Part shown: piece after piece, positions 33,378 through 42,294 of the stretch | How the letters are laid out: each line of letters opens with the position of its first letter | How positions within the stretch are numbered: position 1 is the first letter of the stretch | Assembly: GCA_963779415.1 (NCBI GenBank) | Contig: CAVZYA010000002.1 | Location: 1,408,001 to 1,472,000, forward strand | Origin: an uncultured Acidobacteriota bacterium | GTDB taxonomy: Bacteria; Acidobacteriota; Thermoanaerobaculia; UBA5066 | DNA length: 64,000 bases | Direction of reading: 5' to 3' | Notes under the pieces: model-generated | The model's database searches: none | Seen by the model: the letters and a program-made list of their open reading frames with translations, nothing else | Told to the model about the DNA's origin: nothing | Translations under genes and position numbers: made by a program

Positions 33378-33486
33378 GTTTGTCGAGTGTAGACGAAAGC
33401 TCGAAGGCGGGCGACCCGCCGGCACGGCGAAGGGTGCCGGCGACCTTGACGCTGATCCGAGCCGTGTGAGAACGTCCCTTGTCACC

Positions 33487-34326
33487 TTGCGGACACTTCG
33501 CCGGTCCTCCCTCCTTTCCGGTGCCGCGGCTGCGCTCGCGGTCCTCGCTCTTCTGCAGGCCTGCGCGCGCAGGAAAGAACCCGATCTGCTCGCCCCGCAG
33601 CCCCGCGGAATCGATCTCATCGGGCCTCGCCTTCCCGGCCCTCCGCCGAACGATCTCGTCGCGCGCTACGGCCCGCCGAAGTACTCCCAGTACCTCGAGG
33701 AGCTCATCGCGCGGGACTATTTCAAGGACGAGAAGAAAGGCTTCTTCCTCGACGTCGGTGCCGGCGATGCGCTGTTCAACAGCACCACGGCCTATCTGGA
33801 GAAGAACCTCGAGTGGACCGGGATCGCCATCGACGCGGAGCCGAAGCACCTCGAGAGCTATCTGAAGGAGCGGCGGGGGACGCGATTCTTCGCGTTCTTC
33901 GTCGGGGACAAGGACGGAGAGAACGTCGACTTCTACGTCAACGACCAGGAATGGCGGGACTCGTCAGGCGTGAAGAGCTTCGCGGACTCCCACGGCAAGA
34001 GGCGGGTGATCAAGGTCCCCGAGATCACGCTGAACACGCTTCTTGACCGGCAGGGCGTCCGTCGGATCGACTTTCTGTCGATGGACATCGAGCAGGCCGA
34101 GCCGATGGCTCTGGCGGGATTCGACATTCGGCGTTTTCGTCCACGGCTCGTCTGCATCGAGATGCAGAAAGAGACGAAGGATGCGATCAACGCCTACATG
34201 ACCGAGCACGGCTGGGTCGAGATCGAGAAGTACCTTCAGTGGGACTCGGTAAACGGCTGGTTCATGCCCGGGCCGTCCGTACCGGCCCCGCCCGCCGGGC
34301 GGCCTCCCCCTGCCGCGAAGAGATAG
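33487..34326 (+). CDS. FkbM family methyltransferase with N-terminal signal/anchor
   Basis: YSQ..E, FFLDVGAGD, W.GIAIDA, IDFLSMDIE.AE. Start approximate. Confidence 0.85.
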   Translation: MRTLRRSSLLSGAAAALAVLALLQACARRKEPDLLAPQPRGIDLIGPRLPGPPPNDLVARYGPPKYSQYLEELIARDYFKDEKKGFFLDVGAGDALFNSTTAYLEKNLEWTGIAIDAEPKHLESYLKERRGTRFFAFFVGDKDGENVDFYVNDQEWRDSSGVKSFADSHGKRRVIKVPEITLNTLLDRQGVRRIDFLSMDIEQAEPMALAGFDIRRFRPRLVCIEMQKETKDAINAYMTEHGWVEIEKYLQWDSVNGWFMPGPSVPAPPAGRPPPAAKR

Positions 34327-35639
34327 GCGACGAAACCCGCCAGGAGAGACAGAAGACCGAGGATCGACTCCGTCGGCTTCCGCAGGGCGACGAAGGCCAT
34401 CATCCATAGCGAACAGGCCATGAACAGCGCGGGAGTCACGGGATATCCCCATGTACGGTACGGCCGCGGGAGGTTCGGCTCGCGCCGCCTGAGGACGTAA
34501 ACCCCCATCACGGTCACGAACGAACAGAGCAGTAAGGTGAACTGAAGGAAAATAAGAACGCTTTCGAAGGTTCCGGTCGCCACCATCAGCAGTGTGACGA
34601 GCGTCTGAACGGCGATGGCCGGCCGTGGGGAGCCTCCCTCCGCGCGTCTCGAAAGAAGCTTCAGCCGCGGAAAGTCCTCTCCGACGGCCACCGTTACGCG
34701 CGTCCCCGCCCAGACCATCGAGCTGACGGACGAGACGAGAAGAACGGCAATAACGAGGCCCATCAGAGACCCTCTGACGGGACCGAAAGCCGTCCGAGCC
34801 ACGACGAGGGCGACTTCCACCTGCCCCTTCATGGCGTCACGGGGCGTCGAGAGAAGAAAGAAGGCATTCAGGGCCAGATAGAGGACGAAGACGACGCCGG
34901 TCCCGATCGCGACAGCGCGTGGGACGTTCCGTTCGGGCTCCAGGACCTCGCCCGAGATATACGTCGCGGCGTTCCAGCCCGAGTAGGTGAACATGACGAA
35001 GACCAGCGAGATCGCGAAGGGGGCGCCGAAGAGCGTCCCGATGTCCTCGCCCGTCGGGGCAAAGGTCACCGTTCCGTGCCACGGCACGAACAGCCCGGCG
35101 ACGACGATGACGATGATGGTCGCGACGATCATCACCGTCGTGGTGACCTGGAATCGGCTGCCGAGCCGCAGCCCGCTCCAGTGAACGGCGGTCACCGCCA
35201 GAATCATGACGATTCCCGTGGCCTGCGGCGGGAAGGACGGGAAGAGACCATGGAAGTAACGGCCGAACGCGATCGCCGAGAGAGCGACGGCCGCTGGAAA
35301 GCCGGCGATCATCGAGACCCAACCGGCAAGAAAGCCGACAGGCCGCGAGAAGACACGCCCCAGAAGAACATATTCCCCGCCCGACCTCGGGAAGGCGGCC
35401 CCAAGTTCTGCGTAGGACAGGGCCCCGCAGAAGGCACAGATCCCCCCCACGACCCACAGCAGGAGAAGAACAAACCCGCTCGAGAGAGAGACGACCTGGA
35501 AGCCGAGGCTCGTGAAGACGCCCGTTCCGACCATGTTCGCGATGACCACCGACACCGCCGCCAGCAAGGAGACCCGGGCCCCGGTTCCGTCCGCCGGACC
35601 CGCCGGACGGACCGTCCCGTGTGGCGCCGCGGACGTCAC
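34236..35639 (-). CDS. APC family amino acid permease
   Basis: IANMVGTGVFTS, GALSYAELGAAFPRSGGEY, YSGWNAATY, RPYRTWGYP. Confidence 0.92.
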   Translation of the reverse strand: MTSAAPHGTVRPAGPADGTGARVSLLAAVSVVIANMVGTGVFTSLGFQVVSLSSGFVLLLLWVVGGICAFCGALSYAELGAAFPRSGGEYVLLGRVFSRPVGFLAGWVSMIAGFPAAVALSAIAFGRYFHGLFPSFPPQATGIVMILAVTAVHWSGLRLGSRFQVTTTVMIVATIIVIVVAGLFVPWHGTVTFAPTGEDIGTLFGAPFAISLVFVMFTYSGWNAATYISGEVLEPERNVPRAVAIGTGVVFVLYLALNAFFLLSTPRDAMKGQVEVALVVARTAFGPVRGSLMGLVIAVLLVSSVSSMVWAGTRVTVAVGEDFPRLKLLSRRAEGGSPRPAIAVQTLVTLLMVATGTFESVLIFLQFTLLLCSFVTVMGVYVLRRREPNLPRPYRTWGYPVTPALFMACSLWMMAFVALRKPTESILGLLSLLAGFVAYLFAAGGGRPAGGAGTDGPGMNQPFTESH

Positions 35640-36730
35640 GCGATCCAGTTCCGCACGACGCGTGCGAGCGCCCGGGGCGACATCAGCATGTTCGTGTAGC
35701 TGGCGTTCGCGAGCGGGCAGGCGCATTCGCGGTTGTAGACACTTCGCCGGAACCGGTCGGCCTCGGGGGAGAACCAGACCTTCCCGAAGTCGTACCCGTT
35801 CTCCCGGAGGCCGCCGACCGACTCGGCGCGGATGCAGCACCCCCAGACGTACCCGTCGGGCGCGATCTGCGCCGAGGCCCATCCCGCGTAACAGGGGATG
35901 ATCTGCTCGCGCTTCTCGAGGTACTCCTTGACGAGCTGGTAGTACTCGAGCCGGAAGCTCTCGACGAGGCGCCCCATCGGGTGCGGGGAACGGTTTCGCC
36001 TCATCTCCCCGATCAGATAGTCGGCCGCGGCGGCGTACTCGGCAGCGCTCGGGGTGATCTCCTTGCCGATCGTCTTCAGCTCGACCCGCTCCTCGGCCAC
36101 CTCGGTGATGTACGAATCGGGCTCCAGCTTCTTCAGCTCCCTGTGGATCTCGGGGAGCCGGCCGACGTTGTGCGTGCTGATGACGGTGTGGATGCCGACC
36201 GTGACGTGAGGGTTCGACTTCTGGAGCGAGAGCGCCAGCTCCCGCGTCGCCATCATCTTCGTCCAGTTGTCCCGGGCGCCACGGATCTCGTCGTGCCGGG
36301 TCCCGATGTCGTCGAGCGACAGGTTCAGGATCAGCTTCGAGCCGCGGCTGGCCTCCACGATGCCCGGGAGCTGCTTCTCGATCTGCCTGGTCAGGAGCCC
36401 GTTCATCGGGAGGTTGATGATCTTCGGCCTGAGGATTCCGCGGATCAGGGCGAAGAGCTGCGGCAGGTCCGACCGGACGAACTGGTCGCCACCGGAGACG
36501 GTCACCCAGATCGGGACCCCCTCCATCGAGCGGAAGGTCCTCTCGTACTCGTCGAGGGTGAAGTCCGGCACCTTCTTCTGCCAGATGTCGCACGTCTTGC
36601 AGCGGGAGGGGCAGGTGTACGTGACGCTGACCGTCAGGTTGACAGGAAGGAGTCGGGGCCGGCCGAACCGGTGGAAAGCCCGGTAGAGCGGCAGCTTCAA
36701 GACGAGGGGCCACCGGTCGAAGGCGTTCAT
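35636..36730 (-). CDS. Radical SAM protein with SPASM/twitch domain
   Basis: CPSRCKTC (CxxxCxxC), SGGD, C-terminal CYAG...GCC...ECAC. Confidence 0.92.
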   Translation of the reverse strand: MNAFDRWPLVLKLPLYRAFHRFGRPRLLPVNLTVSVTYTCPSRCKTCDIWQKKVPDFTLDEYERTFRSMEGVPIWVTVSGGDQFVRSDLPQLFALIRGILRPKIINLPMNGLLTRQIEKQLPGIVEASRGSKLILNLSLDDIGTRHDEIRGARDNWTKMMATRELALSLQKSNPHVTVGIHTVISTHNVGRLPEIHRELKKLEPDSYITEVAEERVELKTIGKEITPSAAEYAAAADYLIGEMRRNRSPHPMGRLVESFRLEYYQLVKEYLEKREQIIPCYAGWASAQIAPDGYVWGCCIRAESVGGLRENGYDFGKVWFSPEADRFRRSVYNRECACPLANASYTNMLMSPRALARVVRNWIA

Positions 36731-36755
36731 TGCGCGCTCGGGCTGCGGACCGCCC

Positions 36756-37587
36756 TCACAAAGGCGAGCCCCACTCGTTCCACGACTCCCACCCCTTCTT
36801 GATCGGGCGCTTCGGCTCCTTCGGCTTTCCGGGGAGGAAGATCCGGCACCAGAAGGGGCGGGCCACCCCTTCGAGGACGCGCCCCGAAGAGATCTTCGAG
36901 GTCCCTTTGCGGCGCTCCACGAAGAGGATGTTCGTCTCGGCGAGCTGCCCCGACGCGTGCCAGATCCGGTATTTCATCTCGATCTGGTAGGCGTAGCCCG
37001 ATGATCGAAGGTTCTCGAGCCCGATTCGCTTGAGCATCTCGACCCGGTAGCAGCAGAAGCCGCTCGTCAGGTCGTCGCATCGGAACGCCCGTGACGATCC
37101 GGGCGTAGATGTTCGCGAAGGCCGAAAGGAGGACACGGCGGAGGGGCCAGTTGAGGACGCTCACGCCATACAGGTAGCGCGAGCCGACGACGACGTCGGC
37201 GTCGTGGGACATATCGAGCAGGAGGGGGAGGAAGTCCGCGGCGTGCGAGCCGTCCGCGTCCATCGAGACGACGCGGCTGAACCCCTTTTCCATCGCCCAT
37301 GCGATCCCGTCCTTGTAGGAGCCCGTGAAGCTGCGTGGAGGCCGCCGCCGAATGAGGTGGAGCCGGGGGTAGCGCGCCCGAAGGGAGTCGACGGCGTCGG
37401 CCGTCCCGTCCGGCGAGTCGTCGTCCACGACGAGGAGGGACGTTTCGGGGAGGATCCTGAAGACGGCCTCGACGTGGTCGGCGATCGTCTCGGCCTCGCG
37501 GAAAGTGGGCGAGACGATGAGCGTCTCGCGGGACACGGACGCGACGCGCGCGAGCCTCTCGGGAGAGAAGGGAGCCGCGAGATCCAC
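36756..37587 (-). CDS. Polyprenol-monophosphomannose synthase-like GT2 (frameshift ~37080)
   Basis: PTFRE, VVDDDSPDGT, MDADGSH, VGSRY. Shifted frame has DLTSGF, GYAYQIEM, I.FVERR.G.SK. Confidence 0.88.
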
Positions 37588-37634
37588 GGAACGGAATGAT
37601 ATGCGACGGCATGGCAAGATCCCCCCGGAAAGCC

Positions 37635-38096
37635 ATGCTCACGATCCGCCGCGCCACGCCCGCCGATGCCGAGGGGATCGCCGTCTTCAACGAGGCGATT
37701 GCCCGGGAGACGGAGGGAAAGACGCTCGACCCGGCGACGATCCGCTCGGGAGTGCGGGAGATTCTCGGGCGGCCCGACCTCGGCTTCTACCTCGTGGCCG
37801 AGGAGGGGGGCATCTTCGTGGGCCAGCTGATGATCACGTTCGAGTGGAGCGACTGGCGGAGCGGGCTCTTCTGGTGGATCCAGAGCGTCTTCGTCCCCCC
37901 GGAGCATCGCGGACGAGGCGTCTACCGGGCGCTTCACGCGCGGGTCCGCGATCTGGCGCTGGAGGCCGGGGGCGTCTGCGGCCTCAGGCTCTACGTCGAG
38001 AAGGAGAACGCCAGCGCCATGGAGACTTACCGGCGCCTCGGGATGCACGAGACGTACTACCGGCTCTTCGAGGAGACGTGGGAGGGAAAGCGTTGA
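37635..38096 (+). CDS. GNAT family acetyltransferase
   Basis: FEWSDWR, WIQSVFV.PEHRGRGVY, LRLYVEKEN..A...Y..LGM. Confidence 0.9.
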   Translation: MLTIRRATPADAEGIAVFNEAIARETEGKTLDPATIRSGVREILGRPDLGFYLVAEEGGIFVGQLMITFEWSDWRSGLFWWIQSVFVPPEHRGRGVYRALHARVRDLALEAGGVCGLRLYVEKENASAMETYRRLGMHETYYRLFEETWEGKR

Positions 38097-39235
38097 AGAA
38101 GATCGCCGTCCTCGGGACGGGGCTCGTCGGCTCGCTCATGGCGAAAGAGCTTGCCGCGGACGGCCGTTTCGAGGTGACGGCGCACGACCGTGACGAGCGG
38201 GCGCTTGGCGCGCTCGCGGGGCGTCCCCGTCTCGCCACACGGAGGTCGGACCTTTCGGATCCGGCCGAGGTCTCTCGGGCGGCGTCGTCGGCCGACGTCG
38301 TCGTCGGGGCCGTCCCCGGCCTCCTCGGGCACGCGGCGCTCCGCGTCGCGCTCGAAGCGAGGCGGCCGATCGCCGACATCGCCTTCGCCCCGGAAGACCC
38401 TCTTGCGCTCGACCCGCTCGCGAAGAGGGCGGGCGTTCCGGCGATCGTCGACTGCGGCGTCTCGCCCGGCCTCTCGAACCTCGCCGCCGGGCGGGCCGAG
38501 AGCCTCCTCGACGAAACGGAGTCGATCGCCATCTACGTCGGAGGCCTCCCTATTCCCCGGACGAGACCGTTCGAGTACCGGATCGTCTTTTCGGCCACGG
38601 ACGTGATCGAGGAATACACGCGGCCGGCCCGGATCAGGGAGAACGGCCAGGTCGTCGTCCGTCCTGCCCTCTCGGAGCCCGAGGAGGTCGTTGTCGCGGG
38701 AATCGGGACGCTCGAGGGCTTCAACACCGACGGGCTCCGGACGCTCCTTTCGACATCGAAGGCGCCGAACGTCCGGGAGAAGACCCTTCGCTATCCCGGG
38801 CATGCCGCGCTGATGCGGGTCCTTCGGGACGCCGGCTTCTTTTCCGAGAGTCCGGTGGACCTCGGGGGCGTTCGCGTCGCCCCGAGGGCCCTGACCGAGA
38901 AGCTGCTTTTCGACGCGTGGCGGCGGCCGGAGGGGGAGGAGGAGTTCACGTTTCTCCGCGTCGTCTGCCAGGGGAGGTCCGGCGGGCGGCGGGTGACGCT
39001 GACGTACGACCTCCTCGACCGGACGGACCGCGCCACGGGCGCAAGCAGCATGGCGCGGACGACCGGTTTCCCGTGTGTCGTCGCGGCCGGCTGGCTTGCC
39101 GAGGGGCGTTTCGCCGAGCCGGGGGTCTTCCCGCCCGAGCGGCTCGGGCGGCGGCCCGACCTCTGGGGCGCCATGCTCGAAGCCCTCGCCGCGCGGGGGG
39201 TTTCGTTCACGGAGAGCCGCTCGGAGAGCGCGTGA
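38093..39235 (+). CDS. Saccharopine dehydrogenase / lysine 6-dehydrogenase family oxidoreductase
   Basis: IAVLGTGLVG, DCGVSPGLSN, EEYTRPA, NTDGLRTL, EKTLRYPGH, MARTTG. Confidence 0.88.
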   Translation: MKKIAVLGTGLVGSLMAKELAADGRFEVTAHDRDERALGALAGRPRLATRRSDLSDPAEVSRAASSADVVVGAVPGLLGHAALRVALEARRPIADIAFAPEDPLALDPLAKRAGVPAIVDCGVSPGLSNLAAGRAESLLDETESIAIYVGGLPIPRTRPFEYRIVFSATDVIEEYTRPARIRENGQVVVRPALSEPEEVVVAGIGTLEGFNTDGLRTLLSTSKAPNVREKTLRYPGHAALMRVLRDAGFFSESPVDLGGVRVAPRALTEKLLFDAWRRPEGEEEFTFLRVVCQGRSGGRRVTLTYDLLDRTDRATGASSMARTTGFPCVVAAGWLAEGRFAEPGVFPPERLGRRPDLWGAMLEALAARGVSFTESRSESA

Positions 39236-41181
39236 GAGGGATCAAGAACCCGATGGGTGGGCTCCCGAACGGGGAACGGGGCGCGCGCCGCGACCGGTCT
39301 GACGCGCCGAAGCTCTCGAAGGGGGAGCGGCTCGCCGCCCTCCTTCCGGACATCTGGGCGCTCGTCCGTCCGCGACGGGGCCTTCTCGGGGTCGGGCTCG
39401 TCCTGATGGCCGTGAACCGGGTCTCGGGCCTCGTCCTTCCGGCCTCGACGAAGTTCCTCATCGACGACGTCATCGGCAAGGGGCGCCGGGAGATGCTCCT
39501 GCCGCTCCTCGGCGGCGTCCTCGCCGCGACCGCGATTCAGGGGGTCACCTCCTACGCCCTGACGCAGCTCCTCTCGAAGGCCGCGCAGAGGCTCATCGCC
39601 GACATGCGGCGGAAGGTACAGGAGCACATCGGGCGTCTCCCGGTCGCGTTCTACGACGCGAACAAGACCGGCACCCTCGTCTCCCGGATCATGAGCGACG
39701 TCGAGGGGGTCCGGAACCTGATCGGGACCGGCCTCGTGGAGTTCGCGGGAGGCATCCTGACGGCGGCGATCTCGCTCGTCGTCCTCTTCCGGATCTCGGC
39801 CTCGATGACGCTCCTCGCCTTCGCGATCCTTCTCGGCACGGGGCTCGCCCTTCAGCGCGCCTTCGGGACGATCCGGCCGATCTTCCGCGAGCGGGGGAAG
39901 ATCTACGCCGACGTGACGGGGCGCCTCACCGAGTCGCTCGGCGGCGTCCGCGTCGTGAAGGGGTACCACGCCGAGGCGCGCGAGGCGTCCGTCTTCTCGT
40001 CAGGCGTCCAGAAGCTCCTCGACAACGTCCTGAAGACCCTGACGGCGACCTCCTTCATGAGCCTCACGTCGACGCTCCTTCTCGGCGTCGTCGGGGCGGC
40101 CGTGATGTTCCTCGGGACGCGCCAGATCCTCGCCGGGACGCTGACCCTCGGCGGGTTCTTCACCTACTCCCTCTTCCTCGGATTTCTCGTGGCGCCGCTC
40201 TTCCAGGTCGTCGCGATCGGGACGCAGCTGACCGAGGCGCTCGCGGGCCTCGAGCGGACCCGAGAGATCCTCCGCGAGCGGCCCGAGGACGAGGACCCCC
40301 GTCGGACGGCCGCGCTTTCCGGGATCCGCGGGCGCGTCGTTTTCGAGGAAGTCCGATTCCAATACTCGGAGGGGAAGGAGGTCCTCAGGGGGATTTCCTT
40401 CGAGGCCGCGCCGGGGACGGTGACGGCGCTCGTCGGGCCGTCCGGAGCGGGGAAGTCGACCATCATCGGCCTCGTCGCGGCCTTCCACGTCCCGACGGGG
40501 GGGCGCGTCCTCGTGGACGGCACCGATCTCGCGGAAGTCCGGCTCGGGTCGTACCGGACGCACCTCGGCGTCGTCTTGCAGGAGTCGTTCCTCTTCGACG
40601 GCACCATCCGCGAGAATGTCGCCTTTTCGAAGCCCGACGCGACGGAGGAAGAGATCCTCGCCGCGTGCCGGGTCGCCCGGGTCGACGAGTTCGCCGAGCG
40701 GTACGAGAAGGGGTACGACACGGTCGTCGGCGAGCGGGGCGTGAGGCTGTCGGGAGGACAGCGCCAACGGGTCTCCATCGCCCGGGCTCTCCTCGCCGAC
40801 CCGCGGATCCTGATCCTCGACGAGGCGACCTCGTCCCTCGACTCGGAATCGGAGGCGCTCATCCAGCAGGGACTCGCCGTCCTGATGAAGGGACGGACGA
40901 CGTTCGTCATCGCGCACCGCCTCTCCACGATCCGGAAGGCCGACCAGATTCTCGTCGTGGAGGACGGCCTTCTCGTCGAGCGCGGAACCCACGAGTCGCT
41001 CTACGAAGCCGGGGGACGCTACTTCGAGATGTACACCAGGCAGCACGGGCTCGAGCGGAACCTCTTCCTCGCTCCGGGCGAGGGGGACGCCGGGGCTTCA
41101 CCGGAGACCGCGGCCGAGAACGGGCCGGACGAAGGGGGCGGCCTGCGCGACGCCATCGGCCTTCTTCGCAGCGGGCGGTGA
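39232..41181 (+). CDS. ABC exporter, fused TMD + ATPase (MsbA-like)
   Basis: TM domain, GPSGAGKS, LSGGQRQR, ILDEATSSLD, IAHRLST. Confidence 0.95.
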   Translation: MRGIKNPMGGLPNGERGARRDRSDAPKLSKGERLAALLPDIWALVRPRRGLLGVGLVLMAVNRVSGLVLPASTKFLIDDVIGKGRREMLLPLLGGVLAATAIQGVTSYALTQLLSKAAQRLIADMRRKVQEHIGRLPVAFYDANKTGTLVSRIMSDVEGVRNLIGTGLVEFAGGILTAAISLVVLFRISASMTLLAFAILLGTGLALQRAFGTIRPIFRERGKIYADVTGRLTESLGGVRVVKGYHAEAREASVFSSGVQKLLDNVLKTLTATSFMSLTSTLLLGVVGAAVMFLGTRQILAGTLTLGGFFTYSLFLGFLVAPLFQVVAIGTQLTEALAGLERTREILRERPEDEDPRRTAALSGIRGRVVFEEVRFQYSEGKEVLRGISFEAAPGTVTALVGPSGAGKSTIIGLVAAFHVPTGGRVLVDGTDLAEVRLGSYRTHLGVVLQESFLFDGTIRENVAFSKPDATEEEILAACRVARVDEFAERYEKGYDTVVGERGVRLSGGQRQRVSIARALLADPRILILDEATSSLDSESEALIQQGLAVLMKGRTTFVIAHRLSTIRKADQILVVEDGLLVERGTHESLYEAGGRYFEMYTRQHGLERNLFLAPGEGDAGASPETAAENGPDEGGGLRDAIGLLRSGR

Positions 41182-41304
41182 GATTGGCCCGCGGGCGGCC
41201 GGAAGCCGGGGCTCCGGCCGGGCCGGGCCTGATTCGGATGCCTCATGGGGTCGGACGCGTCTCTTCGCTACCTTTTCCGTGATACCGAAAGGGAGGTTCC
41301 CGCC

Positions 41305-42225
41305 ATGAAGATCCTGATCGCCGATGCCTTCGACGAGTCCCTTCCGAAGAAGCTGGCCCCCTTCGGCGACGCCACGAGCGACATGACGCATCTGGCCGAA
41401 GCCGAAGTCCTCCTCATCCGCTCGAAGACGAAGGTCACGAAGGAGTTCCTCGTCGGCGCCCCGAAGCTGAAGCTCGTCATCCGCGGGGGCGTCGGCCTCG
41501 ACAACGTCGACATCGAGACGTGCCGCGAGAAGGGGATCGAGGTCAAGAACACCCCGCGGGCCTCCTCGGTCGCCGTCGCCGAGCTGACGATGGCCCTCAT
41601 GCTCGCCGTCCCGAACCGCCTCATCGAAGGGCACAACTCGATGAAGGAGGGGAAGTGGATGAAGAAGGAGCTGAAGCGGACCGAGCTCTATGGCAAGACG
41701 CTCGGCCTCCTCGGCGCCGGCCTCATCGGAACGGAGGTGGCGCGCCGCGCCCTCGCCTTCGGAATGAAGGTCGTCGCGTACGACCACTACATCCCGAACC
41801 ACGCGCTCGCAGAGCTGATGGACGAGCCCGAGGAGCTCTACGCCAAGGCCGACTACATCAGCATCCACCTCCCCCTGACCCCCGAGACGCGGGGGATGCT
41901 GAATCGGCAGGCGTTCGCCCAGATGAAGAACGGCGTCGTCATCGTCAACACGGCCCGCGGGAAAGTGATCGCGGAAGAGGACCTCGCCGAGGCCCTCAGG
42001 AGCGGCAGGGTCGCGGCCTACGCGACGGACGTCTACCAGTCCGACCCGCCGGACCCGAAGAGCCCGCTCCTCGCGGCCCCGAACGTCATCCTGATGCCGC
42101 ACGTCGGCGGCTCCTCCCGGGAGAACCTCCTCCGGATCGGCGAGAACGTCGTCGAGCTCCTGAAGAAGTGGACGAAGCAGGCCGTCAAGACGCCGGCCGA
42201 GACGGGGGCCGTCGCCGGGCGCTGA
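41305..42225 (+). CDS. D-2-hydroxyacid dehydrogenase (SerA-like, no ACT)
   Basis: RGGVGLDNVD, GKTLGLLGAGLIG, VNTARG, PHVGGS. Confidence 0.9.
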   Translation: MKILIADAFDESLPKKLAPFGDATSDMTHLAEAEVLLIRSKTKVTKEFLVGAPKLKLVIRGGVGLDNVDIETCREKGIEVKNTPRASSVAVAELTMALMLAVPNRLIEGHNSMKEGKWMKKELKRTELYGKTLGLLGAGLIGTEVARRALAFGMKVVAYDHYIPNHALAELMDEPEELYAKADYISIHLPLTPETRGMLNRQAFAQMKNGVVIVNTARGKVIAEEDLAEALRSGRVAAYATDVYQSDPPDPKSPLLAAPNVILMPHVGGSSRENLLRIGENVVELLKKWTKQAVKTPAETGAVAGR

Positions 42226-42248
42226 GAGGGATCCCTTCATTCCTCGGG

Positions 42249-42279
42249 CGGCGGTCCTTTCGGGGCCGCCGTTTTCTTT
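42249..42279 (+). terminator. Intrinsic terminator
   Basis: CGGCGGTCC-tttcg-GGGCCGCCG followed by TTTTCTTT. Confidence 0.75.
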
Positions 42280-42294
42280 CGGACTGCCGCCATA

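Noticed and set aside
33405-33445. Two small hairpins between the divergent GT2 and FkbM genes as an ncRNA
   Set aside because: Short GC-only stems are expected by chance at this composition, and there is no recognisable RNA family motif.
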